Shown here piece after piece: positions 37,708 through 46,547 of a stretch of 64,000 nucleotides of DNA (positions within the stretch are counted from its first letter, which is position 1; each line of letters starts with the position of its first letter). The position numbers and the translations under genes are program-made. The DNA comes from an uncultured Alphaproteobacteria bacterium (lineage in GTDB: Bacteria > Pseudomonadota > Alphaproteobacteria > Rs-D84). Below the pieces are notes generated by a model. That model was not told where the DNA came from, searched no databases, and saw nothing but the letters and a program-made list of their open reading frames with translations. The stretch is from positions 15,500-79,499 of the forward strand of contig CAMRSV010000004.1 of NCBI GenBank assembly GCA_947053455.1, written 5' to 3'.

Positions 37708-37724
37708 GCATAAAGGAATCACAA

Positions 37725-38891
37725 ATGAAAACACCACAATTTTTGCGGAAGTTGTTATCGTCGCCTGCATATATGGATAAAAACAGCAAGGTGTACGCCA
37801 TGGCGGAAAAATACTTGAATCTGCTGTATCCTGGCGCGGCACAACTTGACGCCACCGGTCGCATGACCGAACCAAAATACGATATGACATTAGAGCAATT
37901 TCGTAAGGCCCAAAAGGCATTAGAGTCTGCGCTAGAAGAAGCAATAGCCGATGCCGAAGCGGAATATGAAGAAGCCGGTCGCCAGATAGATGTTGAAGAT
38001 TATGTAGAATTAGAAGAAACAATAGATGTTCGTGTTCTGATGCCAGATGGCGCAATAGAAAATAAACAGCTGGAGGTTTATACCCTTGACCTGCCAGAGG
38101 ACGATGATGATATGCCAAATGGTAAACCACGGGGCGTATGGCGTTGGCATAGTGAAGATGGCGATAACACCTGTTCCGCGTGTGCATCGCGCGATGGCGA
38201 AATATATGAAAGCGAGGATGATATCCCTTCAAGCCCATTACATCCCAATTGCCGATGCAGCATAACCGAGGATGTAATAGACGCGGTCGGTCGCACGATC
38301 GGCAGCAAGTCGTATACGCCAAAAGCAAAAGAAGAAAAGAATGAGATTGAAAAAGATGCAAAAGAAATGACCAAAGATGAGAAATTTGAAGAAGCATATA
38401 ATAAATTACAAGAGCCAGAAGGGGGTTATACAGACGGCAAGAATCAAGTTCGTGACGAACCAACAAATATGGGAATAAAGCAAAGTACGTTGGATGACTA
38501 TGCTCGAAAGCACTCGGAAAAAGATTTGCCAAGCGATGTCAAAAATTTGCAACCTAGCCAGGCCAAAGAAATTTATAAAGACGCCTATTGGGATAACACA
38601 AATATTCCAAAAATTGAAAATGATCGAGTGCGAAATGCGGTCTTTGACATGAACGTAATGGGTGGTGCCGGATGTGTGGTTCAAAGAGCCTTGAATGATT
38701 TTGGTAATGCAGGGCTTGCAGTTGACGGAAAAATTGGCCCGAAGACTATTGATGCCTTAAATTCTATCCCCGCAAATAGCGTATCGGATTTTATGGAAAC
38801 TTTGAAGGCTCATCGCTTTGAATATTTACAGAAAACAGACAATTGGCCAACGTCTAAGAATGGTTGGACGAAACGTACGAATAAATATTAA
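37725..38891 (+). CDS. Scaffold-like N-peptide + MuF (minor head) motif + GH108 muramidase
   Basis: WRW..D..TC..C...DG...HPNCRC; EGGY, TNMGI, A..IY...YW, VFD..V, VDG.IGP.T, GW..R. Confidence 0.82.
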   Translation: MKTPQFLRKLLSSPAYMDKNSKVYAMAEKYLNLLYPGAAQLDATGRMTEPKYDMTLEQFRKAQKALESALEEAIADAEAEYEEAGRQIDVEDYVELEETIDVRVLMPDGAIENKQLEVYTLDLPEDDDDMPNGKPRGVWRWHSEDGDNTCSACASRDGEIYESEDDIPSSPLHPNCRCSITEDVIDAVGRTIGSKSYTPKAKEEKNEIEKDAKEMTKDEKFEEAYNKLQEPEGGYTDGKNQVRDEPTNMGIKQSTLDDYARKHSEKDLPSDVKNLQPSQAKEIYKDAYWDNTNIPKIENDRVRNAVFDMNVMGGAGCVVQRALNDFGNAGLAVDGKIGPKTIDALNSIPANSVSDFMETLKAHRFEYLQKTDNWPTSKNGWTKRTNKY

Positions 38892-39283
38892 ATATCATTT
38901 TCTTTGAAATGCCACCGTCCAGACACATAATCATCAATATATTCCGGAACATCGCTTATAGGGGTGCAGTTTGACTGCATCCCCAAATTTCTCCCATTGA
39001 CATAAACATAAGCAATGTCAATAGGGGTGCTGTCTATTAAAATCTGGTACAAGGTTTCGTTTGTTGGTTTATAATATACCGACTGTATTTCTACATTGTT
39101 TATGTATTTAATCGCAGGCTCTTTGTCCATACATGGTGCACAGAACTCAATATAAAATTCTACATTTTTTAATATGTTATACGCATTATTTGCAACGTCT
39201 TTCGGAATCAATGCACATTGATCAGCTTTGAGCGGCTGCAATGAAAATATAATCACCAGAAAGCAGAAAAATAATTTTTTCAT
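38888..39283 (-). CDS. Secreted 4-Cys protein, candidate muramidase inhibitor/immunity protein
   Basis: Signal peptide, ADQCA, FCAPC, IDIAYVYV; stop overlaps the toxin stop. Confidence 0.55.
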   Translation of the reverse strand: MKKLFFCFLVIIFSLQPLKADQCALIPKDVANNAYNILKNVEFYIEFCAPCMDKEPAIKYINNVEIQSVYYKPTNETLYQILIDSTPIDIAYVYVNGRNLGMQSNCTPISDVPEYIDDYVSGRWHFKENDI

Positions 39284-39387
39284 GATATGAATTTTATCGG
39301 TTTTATCTCATTGAGTCAAATACATTTACGAAAAACAATAGACAAGATTTAATTGGTTATGCAATATAGTATCGATGAAAAAGTTTG

Positions 39388-39448
39388 TTGATTTTATTTG
39401 CAGTGTTGTGTGTCTGGCTCTGTTCTTGTTTTTTTGGAATGATTTGGT
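39388..39448 (+). repeat. 61-bp perfect direct repeat, copy 1 (truncated copy of the 39996 gene start)
   Basis: Identical to 40009-40069; ATG at 39375 reads MKKFVDFICSVVCLALFLFFWNDLVG. Confidence 0.9.
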
Positions 39449-39633
39449 GGGCCTCTCGTGTTTGGTTGGAACCAGCAAAAGAAACCAATACCTATGGTCG
39501 TGATAATTTCAGCATTCATGGCGGCTGGGCGCCTGGGTCTGCCGGTTGCATTGATATGACAAGTAATATTAAAAATTTTGTTGCGCTATTCGAATTTGTC
39601 GGTAAAGATTTAATTGTAGAGGTAAAATATTAG
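39449..39633 (+). pseudogene. Orphan Tlde1-like toxin C-terminal fragment
   Basis: RVWLEPAKETNTYGRDNFSIHGGWAPGSAGCIDM...GKDLIVEVKY vs RIWLEPANETNILNRSNFSIHGGVSFGSAGCIDL...GKDVIVHVKY. Confidence 0.85.
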
Positions 39634-39646
39634 GGACTAACGTAAC

Positions 39647-39985
39647 ATGAAAATAAATTGGCAAAAAAACATGTATTGCAATGCTGTGATTCTGTGGGGG
39701 GCATTGTTTGTATTTTTGATGGATTTATCGGCAATGGGACGTATTACAAAATACGATGAAGTGTGGTGGCCTTTTTGTTATGATTTATCTGAAAAATCAC
39801 GATATTTATGCATGGCTAACTATGATGTTGTCAGTATTATATGTGTATTGGCAGGACTCGTGTTTCTTACATATAAACTAGTCCCTGTATATAAAACACG
39901 ATTGTTATGGATGCCATTAGCAGGATTATTTATAGGGATTTTTGTCTGGCCGATAATTCAATCGCTATTATATTGGTTAATGTAA
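39647..39985 (+). CDS. Small 3-TM protein, candidate immunity protein
   Basis: 112 aa; directly follows the toxin fragment; Cys pair in loop. Confidence 0.6.
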   Translation: MKINWQKNMYCNAVILWGALFVFLMDLSAMGRITKYDEVWWPFCYDLSEKSRYLCMANYDVVSIICVLAGLVFLTYKLVPVYKTRLLWMPLAGLFIGIFVWPIIQSLLYWLM

Positions 39986-39995
39986 AATACAATTG

Positions 39996-40310
39996 ATGAA
40001 GAAGTATTTTGATTTTATTTGCAGTGTTGTGTGTCTGGCTCTGTTCTTGTTTTTTTGGAATGATTTGGTCGGTCTGTTAACTAATGGGAAATGGGATGGA
40101 GTATTCTGTTTTATTTGCAGTCGCGATTGCTTGATATTGATAGATCGTATCGCGATGACATTTTGTGCAATAATCTTTGTCCCGTTTGCGATAGAAACCG
40201 TAAGACATCATAAGTGGAAATTTCTGTTTGTACCAATATTGGCGTGTGTTTTGTGGTTTGCGATAATGATGTTGCATTTATGGATTGTGTACATATTTTT
40301 TATACGATAA
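39996..40310 (+). CDS. Small 3-TM protein, candidate orphan immunity protein
   Basis: 104 aa, similar topology; contains repeat copy 2 (40009-40069). Confidence 0.6.
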   Translation: MKKYFDFICSVVCLALFLFFWNDLVGLLTNGKWDGVFCFICSRDCLILIDRIAMTFCAIIFVPFAIETVRHHKWKFLFVPILACVLWFAIMMLHLWIVYIFFIR

Positions 40311-40326
40311 TAACAAAATGGTCAAT

Positions 40327-40392
40327 TTATAAATGCACAATCTCAATATCTGTGAATTGATTTGCGATGTGTTCGGCAGCGTGGCGGCGGTT
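40327..40392 (-). pseudogene. DUF488 3'-terminal remnant
   Basis: RRHAAEHIANQFTDIEIVHL* vs RRLAAEHIAAQFPDIEIVNL* at 32148. Confidence 0.85.
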
Positions 40393-40618
40393 GCCGAAAA
40401 TTGGTACACCACTAGGCCACGAACCACGCCAAATATGGGATTTTTGTCTATCTAACCAGTCGGTGTATTTATAAAATTGCAACTTTGACTGTCGGGTAAT
40501 GTATGTGCCTTCGGGTGGGGGCTTTATTTTTCAAGCCATGATTTAATTTTTTTTATCGTTTTCGTACAATGTCAGTGATGTGCCATCACATATAGGAACC
40601 TACCTGTGGTGGGTCGGG

Positions 40619-41095
40619 TTAATAATTGCCGCGTGTATCAAATGTGTATTTATTGCCCGTCTTGGACAGAGTATGGCGTTTATAGGCGGATTCTAATTCG
40701 TCGGCGATTTTTTGTGGTGCGGCGGTTTGTGGATATGTGCCGTATTCAATAACTTGAATATTTCCAATTTTGCGATTCGGTCTCGCTGCGCTCGACCGAA
40801 TTATAGATGTGACAGATTTAGGCAAAGCGGGGCGGCCGGCAATATCGCGCGCATTTGGAGTAATCCAGCTCCTACGTCCGTCATGGTCGGCGCACCGGAC
40901 AGATCCGTCTTCTTCAGACGAGGCCGACCAGAAATATCCAGGCAAATGTTTTTCTTTGTCAACTGATGTGCCGCCAATCATTGCGCCTAATATAACGGCT
41001 AAATCAGTTGGTGCGGCGGCAACGCCATATTCTTTTAATACAGACAGGGCATCAGCGCCCCATATTTGATTTTCGGTTAGAAATGTTGTTTCCAT
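40619..41095 (-). CDS. Hypothetical protein, possibly C-terminally truncated
   Basis: FWSAS...RPAL...IEYGTYPQT pattern seen in longer DUF6273-like proteins; ends abruptly near the island edge. Confidence 0.45.
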   Translation of the reverse strand: METTFLTENQIWGADALSVLKEYGVAAAPTDLAVILGAMIGGTSVDKEKHLPGYFWSASSEEDGSVRCADHDGRRSWITPNARDIAGRPALPKSVTSIIRSSAARPNRKIGNIQVIEYGTYPQTAAPQKIADELESAYKRHTLSKTGNKYTFDTRGNY

Positions 41096-41426
41096 AATAC
41101 TTTTGACCCGGCATCTATCGATTCCCATCTCCCACTATGGGAAATTATATCTTATTTTTATTTAATTTACAAGATGTTAAAGATTTTTTCGTTCTTTTGG
41201 GGCATAAATTTTAAATTCGCAATATTTACCAACACGGTATTTTCGATTTGCCAAATCAGATGCCAATTTCTTTATGAAAATTTTCCTTTTTAATTATAGT
41301 TTACCGGCGCATTCAATAAATATCAAAATTAAGATAACTTTGGGTTGATTTTATTCCTTTTGACAACTATAATAAGATTGTAGTTCGAATAAGTTATGGG
41401 CTATGTGAATTTTTTGGAGAGGGGAA

Positions 41427-41678
41427 ATGACACATAAAGATATTTGGAATGCGTTGGATGAAATGGCGGCGGCGCAAAATTTGTCCTGTTCTGGATTGGC
41501 AAAGCAAAGTGGATTAAGTTCCACGACATTTAATAAAAGCAAGCGTTATACCAGTGACGGCAAGGCGCGATGGGTGTCAATGCAAAGCCTGGCAAAGGTT
41601 TTGGATGCAATAGGAATGGATTTATCCTATTTCGCGGGCTTTGTAGATGGACAGAAAAACAACGCGGCGGCACAATAA
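41427..41678 (+). CDS. Alphaproteobacterial XRE-like HTH regulator, no S24 domain (paralog 2)
   Basis: IW.ALD..A....S.SGLAK.SGL..TTFNKSKR....RW.S; GGAG RBS. Confidence 0.8.
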   Translation: MTHKDIWNALDEMAAAQNLSCSGLAKQSGLSSTTFNKSKRYTSDGKARWVSMQSLAKVLDAIGMDLSYFAGFVDGQKNNAAAQ

Positions 41679-41719
41679 TTTTGATATAGTTTGGGGGATA
41701 TTGTGCTATAATCTGATAT

Positions 41720-42328
41720 ATGAATAATATCAGATATTTTAAGTTGCGTGATGCACAGCAGCTGGTTCGTATGATAGGGGCGGAATGGGATTTGGCCAAG
41801 CGCGCCACCAGGGCCGGACGACTGTGTGATTGGATTTATTGCACTGAAATACTTGCTGTAAATACCGATATGCTGGTTTTAACGGCGAATAATGGTCGGC
41901 CGATTGGATTTGCCGGATATTCCCAGAAAAATGCACGGCGTCACGTGTTTCGGCGCATCGTTTGGCGCGCGGTTCACTTTGTTTTGTCATTGGCGGTAAG
42001 GAACCGTGGTGCGTTGCGTGAATACTATGATGTCTATAACTATGCGCCGGCGGATATTGCGCGCCAATTTGATGCGGAATGTGACATATTGATTGTTGAT
42101 AAATGTCATCGCGGTGGGGCGGGGCGCGTGCTGTTTATGGAAATGATGCGCGATGCCGCCGTGCGCGGCGTTAAAAAAATGCGCATAGACACAGATGACA
42201 GTTGCAGTGTCGGCTTTTACCGTGCCCAAGGCGCGCGTGAGGTTTATCGTGCCACGGCGGCAAACGGCGGCGAAAAGGATGCGGAAAATGTATATGTATT
42301 TTCCGCCGAACCAGAAAAAATTATATAG
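41720..42328 (+). CDS. GNAT family acetyltransferase
   Basis: LIVDKCHRGGAGRVL and TDDSCSVGFY...G. Confidence 0.75.
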   Translation: MNNIRYFKLRDAQQLVRMIGAEWDLAKRATRAGRLCDWIYCTEILAVNTDMLVLTANNGRPIGFAGYSQKNARRHVFRRIVWRAVHFVLSLAVRNRGALREYYDVYNYAPADIARQFDAECDILIVDKCHRGGAGRVLFMEMMRDAAVRGVKKMRIDTDDSCSVGFYRAQGAREVYRATAANGGEKDAENVYVFSAEPEKII

Positions 42329-42383
42329 AACGCCATGCAATAAAACTGTTATCAATGCTATGGATGAAGATGATGTTATTTTA

Positions 42384-43532
42384 ATGTCTGGCAATAATGG
42401 CGCAGATAATGCGAGCCCGCAAAATATTTTTGCGGTTATTCGCGATAAGCTTAAAGGGGATTTTTCGCGTCGGTGTTTTATGGACACTTGGCGCGATGTA
42501 CCGATAGATATCAGGTTCCGTTGCACCAACCGGTGTGATGAAAATTGTGCGCGTTGCTTTGAATGTTCCGGACCAAATAACCCGTTGCAGGTATTGCCGG
42601 TATCCGATATTGCGTATTATCAAAATTCAATGAAACATTTAAATGGGACTTACATGACTGGCGGGGAATGGTCACTGATATATGATGTTGCCCCCGGTTA
42701 TATGTTGCAGGTATTTGATTCGATAAATTTGAGTAATTCAGACGCGTATAATATCCAAACAAATTGCCGGTGGGTCTTTGGGCCAAATCGTGACAAGATA
42801 TATTCGGATTTGCAGAAAATTCAGACAAAACTGGGACGTGCCGGAAAAATACTTAAACTGGATGTGTCTGTTGACAGGTTCCGCTCAAAAGCAGCATTGG
42901 ACGGTGTTCGTGAACTGATATGTCGTGTTGCCACAGATAAGCATTTTAATAATACAAAAATTCGTATAATGTCATCGCGGTTGGATTATCGCATGGCAAA
43001 CGATACTGTTTTAAAGCCGGAATATTTCAAAGCGCGTGGAATACCACTGCGTTTTGAACCGCGTGACGTCTTTTTCCCGTTTTTTCAGGTGTTCTATGCT
43101 AATAATAAACGCATGATTATTCACGAAGAAAATACGACCATGCGTATTGGTCGTGCCGCAAAAAACAAAATTGGTTATAAAATCTTTTATCCGGAAAAAC
43201 AATGCGGTGGAATTGCTGGTGCTGATAAATGCATGGAATTGAGTTTCCGCGAAGATGGCACTGTTAAATGGCATAGTTATTATGACTGGAATATTATTGT
43301 CCCGTATAAGAATGTAAACGGCCAAAACAAATCGATTGAGCAAATAAAGCAAGAATTATTGCAAAAGGCGTGGCGCAAGCACTTAAAACAAAGTTTTTCA
43401 GAAACTGCATGGTCAATGGTTCCATTGATTGGACCCATCCGGGACTATAACAGAAACCGGCAGATTAAGAAGTCTTTTAATCAAAACCAAGCACGCATTG
43501 TATATCAAGTGAAAAAAGTTAACAGTTATTAA
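42384..43532 (+). CDS. Radical SAM superfamily protein (start uncertain)
   Basis: TNRCDENCARC (CxxxCxxC), MTGGE, IQTN, SVD. Confidence 0.7.
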   Translation: MSGNNGADNASPQNIFAVIRDKLKGDFSRRCFMDTWRDVPIDIRFRCTNRCDENCARCFECSGPNNPLQVLPVSDIAYYQNSMKHLNGTYMTGGEWSLIYDVAPGYMLQVFDSINLSNSDAYNIQTNCRWVFGPNRDKIYSDLQKIQTKLGRAGKILKLDVSVDRFRSKAALDGVRELICRVATDKHFNNTKIRIMSSRLDYRMANDTVLKPEYFKARGIPLRFEPRDVFFPFFQVFYANNKRMIIHEENTTMRIGRAAKNKIGYKIFYPEKQCGGIAGADKCMELSFREDGTVKWHSYYDWNIIVPYKNVNGQNKSIEQIKQELLQKAWRKHLKQSFSETAWSMVPLIGPIRDYNRNRQIKKSFNQNQARIVYQVKKVNSY

Positions 43533-43548
43533 ACGTAGTTTTTTTCAT

Positions 43549-44253
43549 TTACCCGCGCCAGGTTACGGTGTCAAACATGGCGTCAATTTCCGTACGCAAT
43601 GCGTCATCGTTAAAGAATTGTTCGCGTGCCGCCGCGTCTGTTTCGGGATGGGCGGCGTCTTCAAAATGCGGGATGTATTTTTGTACGGCAAAATTTTTTA
43701 CCCCGCGTGCGGCACAATCCCGTGCAATTTCTAATAAATCCGCTTTTGTTACAAATCGTGGGTCGCAGGTGGTGCGAACCTCTAATCCGCGGCCAGTTGA
43801 AAGCCATGCGTCCAATGATTTTATCATGTGTTTGAATGCAATATTTTGGCCGGTTAAATCAGGGTATTTTTCACATGTCGCCTTGTAATCAAGGCCAACC
43901 CAGTCGACAATATCCGCCGCACGCATCAATGTTTCCGGATAAAATCCATTCGTATGCAGTCCAATATTAAACCCTAGTTCTTTGACGCGTCGCATGTATT
44001 CAATTAGTGCATCGCCCTGCATCAGTGCCTCGCCCCCGGAAAAGACGATGGCCCCTAACTTGCCGACGCGCGAACGAATCCATTCAAATGTTTTTTCTGT
44101 ATCGTATTCGCCGTCTGCAATGTCCAGCAAATGGGGATTTGAACAATATTTGCATCGAACCGGGCACCCACGCAGGAATAATACCGCCGATAGGTGCCCT
44201 GGAAAATCGATGGTTGTAAACGGTACCATCCCCCCGATTTGCAGTTCCGGCAT
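43549..44253 (-). CDS. nrdG: Anaerobic ribonucleotide reductase activating protein
   Basis: TTIDFPG.LSAVLF.RGCPVRCKYCSNP, SGGE, HTNG. Confidence 0.93.
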   Translation of the reverse strand: MPELQIGGMVPFTTIDFPGHLSAVLFLRGCPVRCKYCSNPHLLDIADGEYDTEKTFEWIRSRVGKLGAIVFSGGEALMQGDALIEYMRRVKELGFNIGLHTNGFYPETLMRAADIVDWVGLDYKATCEKYPDLTGQNIAFKHMIKSLDAWLSTGRGLEVRTTCDPRFVTKADLLEIARDCAARGVKNFAVQKYIPHFEDAAHPETDAAAREQFFNDDALRTEIDAMFDTVTWRG

Positions 44254-44258
44254 TTTTA

Positions 44259-44453
44259 TTACGCCGCTTTTTTCATTAGTTCACTGTGGCGGGCGCCGGT
44301 TGTCAGACAGTTTGATTCTTTAAAAGTCTTTCTTTCACAGAATTCAGAATATTTACCAACATTGAAATTAGACACCGGTCTGATAAATCCCATGGAACGT
44401 GAAAATCTTTCGCACGGTGTTCTGTTGATTGTGTTCTGTGTGACTTCTGCCAT
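44259..44453 (-). CDS. nrdD: Stand-alone NrdD C-terminal glycyl-radical domain
   Basis: RTPCERFSRSMGFIRPVSNFNVGK..EF.ER; own AGGGAG RBS. Confidence 0.85.
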   Translation of the reverse strand: MAEVTQNTINRTPCERFSRSMGFIRPVSNFNVGKYSEFCERKTFKESNCLTTGARHSELMKKAA

Positions 44454-44483
44454 TTTGTTTTTCTCCCTTTGTGTTTTGTTTGT

Positions 44484-46523
44484 TTATTGTTCGTTTGATA
44501 TCTGCTGATTTGCGGCGATTTCCGCGTCGCATTTCGGACAGAATTCGAAATTACCCGCCAAATATCCATGCTTTGGACATATTGAGAATGTTGGTGTCAA
44601 TGTCATGTACGGAATCTTGTAGTTTTCAAAAATCGTGCGTACAATCTTTTGTGCCGCATCCCCAGATGATACCGGTTCACCCATATACAGGTGCAGCATT
44701 GTGCCACCCGTGTATTTACGCTGTAATTCTTCCTGGTGTTCCAGTGCAACAAACGGGTCATCCGTAAAGTTCACGGGCAACTGTGTGGAATTAGTATAGT
44801 AGGGGGCATCAGGTGTTCCCGCGGTGATAATATCCGGGAAATTCTTAACATCTGTTTTTGCAAACCGGTAAGAGCAGCCTTCGGCCGGTGTCGCCTCCAA
44901 ATTATATAGGTTGCCGGTTTGTTCCTGGAAATTGGCCAGGTGTTCGCGTATGAAATCCATAACGTCCAAAACCAGTTTTTTACCCATTGGGGTGGCGATA
45001 TTTTCACGGTCGCATGTGAAGTTACGAACCATTTCATTGGCACCATTTACACCAATTGTCGAGAAATGATGATTCCAATCGCCTAAATAACGTTTCGTGA
45101 ACGGATAGAGGCCGCGCTCCATATTTTTGTTGATAATCTTGCGTTTGATTTCCAATGAATCGCGCCCCAGTTCCAGCAGACGCTTTAATTCCGCAAATAG
45201 TCCGTCGCGGTCACCCTTGTGCGTATAGCCCAGTCGCGACAGGTTAATTGTGACAACACCGATAGAACCCGTCTTTTCCGCAGAACCAAAGAGTCCCCCG
45301 CCGCGCTTTAACAATTCTCGTACGTCCAGACGCAGTCTGCAGCACATTGAACGAACATCGGTTGGATTTAAATCCGAATTTAGGAAATTTTGGAAATTCG
45401 GAATTCCATATTTTGCCGTCAGTTCAAACAAAGGCTTTACATTCGGGTGATCCCATGGGAAATCTGGCGTGATGTTATATGTCGGAATTGGGAATGTAAA
45501 TGGCCGACCTAATGCATCGCCTTCTGTCATAACCTCTATAAACGCGCGGTTTATCATATCCATTTCTGCCTGCAAGTCGCCATATGTGAAATCAACCTGC
45601 TTTTTGCCGATAAATGGATGCTGTGATTTCAAATCGGTCGGACATGTCCAATCAAATGTAAAATTGATGAACGGTGTCTGGGTTCCCCAACGGCATGGTA
45701 CCGCGCAGTTAAATACCAGCGTTTGCATCGCATTTTTAACATCATCATATGACAGGTTATCAATACGAACATACGGCGCCAGATATGTGTCAACGGACGA
45801 AAACGCCTGTGCGCCGGCAAACTCGTTCTGAAGTGTGCCAAGAAAATTCACCATGTGTGAAATCGCGGTCGCCATGTGTTTTGCCGGATTGCAGTGCACA
45901 AAACCAGGCACGCCGTTAAATCCTTCGTATAACAGTTCGCGCAGTGACCAGCCCGCGCAGTAGCCTGTCAACCAGCCCAAGTCGTGAACATGTATGGCGG
46001 CGTTTTTGTGCGCCTCTGCAATTTCACGCGGATACAGATTTAACCAGTATTCCGCCGTTACGCGTTCGCATGTGCGCAAAATCAATCCGCCGATTGAATA
46101 GCCGACATTGGCATTTTCCTTAATACGCCAATTGGAACCACCGACGTAACCTTCGATTACTTCAATTGCATTTACAGATGCATCGCGTATTTCCGAACGT
46201 TTTTTACGGTATACAATATATGCCTCTGCTGTTTTGTATGCTTTGGCGTCCATCAGGTTGCGAATAACCGTATCTTGTATTTCTTCAACCTTTGGGGTTT
46301 TGCCCGCAAACTTTTCATCCAGTTCCCGCAAAACATTTTGCGTAATCTTTACTATATCTATATCTGCGATTTCCTGGGTTACGGCGACCGCCTTTTTTAT
46401 TGCATCAAAAATCTTTTTTGCGTCAAAAGGAACAGTTTCCCCGCTGCGCTTTTGAACAACGGTTAATTTTGTGATAAGTGACGGTAAAATCTGAATTTTT
46501 ATTTCGTTTTGTTCCCCAGACAT
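44484..46523 (-). CDS. nrdD: Class III ribonucleoside-triphosphate reductase with ATP cone
   Basis: VQKRSG ATP cone, IHVHDL, RSMCCRL, LEATPAE, YYTNS, YTGGT. Confidence 0.95.
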   Translation of the reverse strand: MSGEQNEIKIQILPSLITKLTVVQKRSGETVPFDAKKIFDAIKKAVAVTQEIADIDIVKITQNVLRELDEKFAGKTPKVEEIQDTVIRNLMDAKAYKTAEAYIVYRKKRSEIRDASVNAIEVIEGYVGGSNWRIKENANVGYSIGGLILRTCERVTAEYWLNLYPREIAEAHKNAAIHVHDLGWLTGYCAGWSLRELLYEGFNGVPGFVHCNPAKHMATAISHMVNFLGTLQNEFAGAQAFSSVDTYLAPYVRIDNLSYDDVKNAMQTLVFNCAVPCRWGTQTPFINFTFDWTCPTDLKSQHPFIGKKQVDFTYGDLQAEMDMINRAFIEVMTEGDALGRPFTFPIPTYNITPDFPWDHPNVKPLFELTAKYGIPNFQNFLNSDLNPTDVRSMCCRLRLDVRELLKRGGGLFGSAEKTGSIGVVTINLSRLGYTHKGDRDGLFAELKRLLELGRDSLEIKRKIINKNMERGLYPFTKRYLGDWNHHFSTIGVNGANEMVRNFTCDRENIATPMGKKLVLDVMDFIREHLANFQEQTGNLYNLEATPAEGCSYRFAKTDVKNFPDIITAGTPDAPYYTNSTQLPVNFTDDPFVALEHQEELQRKYTGGTMLHLYMGEPVSSGDAAQKIVRTIFENYKIPYMTLTPTFSICPKHGYLAGNFEFCPKCDAEIAANQQISNEQ

Positions 46524-46547
46524 TTTAATAACTCCGATTCTCTAAAA

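Larger units (their letters stand above)
35939..40392. mobile_element. Decayed sibling element carrying toxin/immunity cassettes
   Basis: Left-end repeat at one end, DUF488 3' remnant at the other; right boundary uncertain. Confidence 0.6.

Noticed and set aside
39385-39633. Intact 82-aa gene
   Set aside because: Chimera of an out-of-frame copy of the 39996 gene start and a toxin fragment lacking the N-terminal part of the domain
13863-40392. Complete prophage or ICE
   Set aside because: No portal, capsid, tail, relaxase or conjugation genes recognisable
40421-40436. attR of element 2 (ACCACGCCAAATAT)
   Set aside because: Only CGCCA matches the att core; too weak to call
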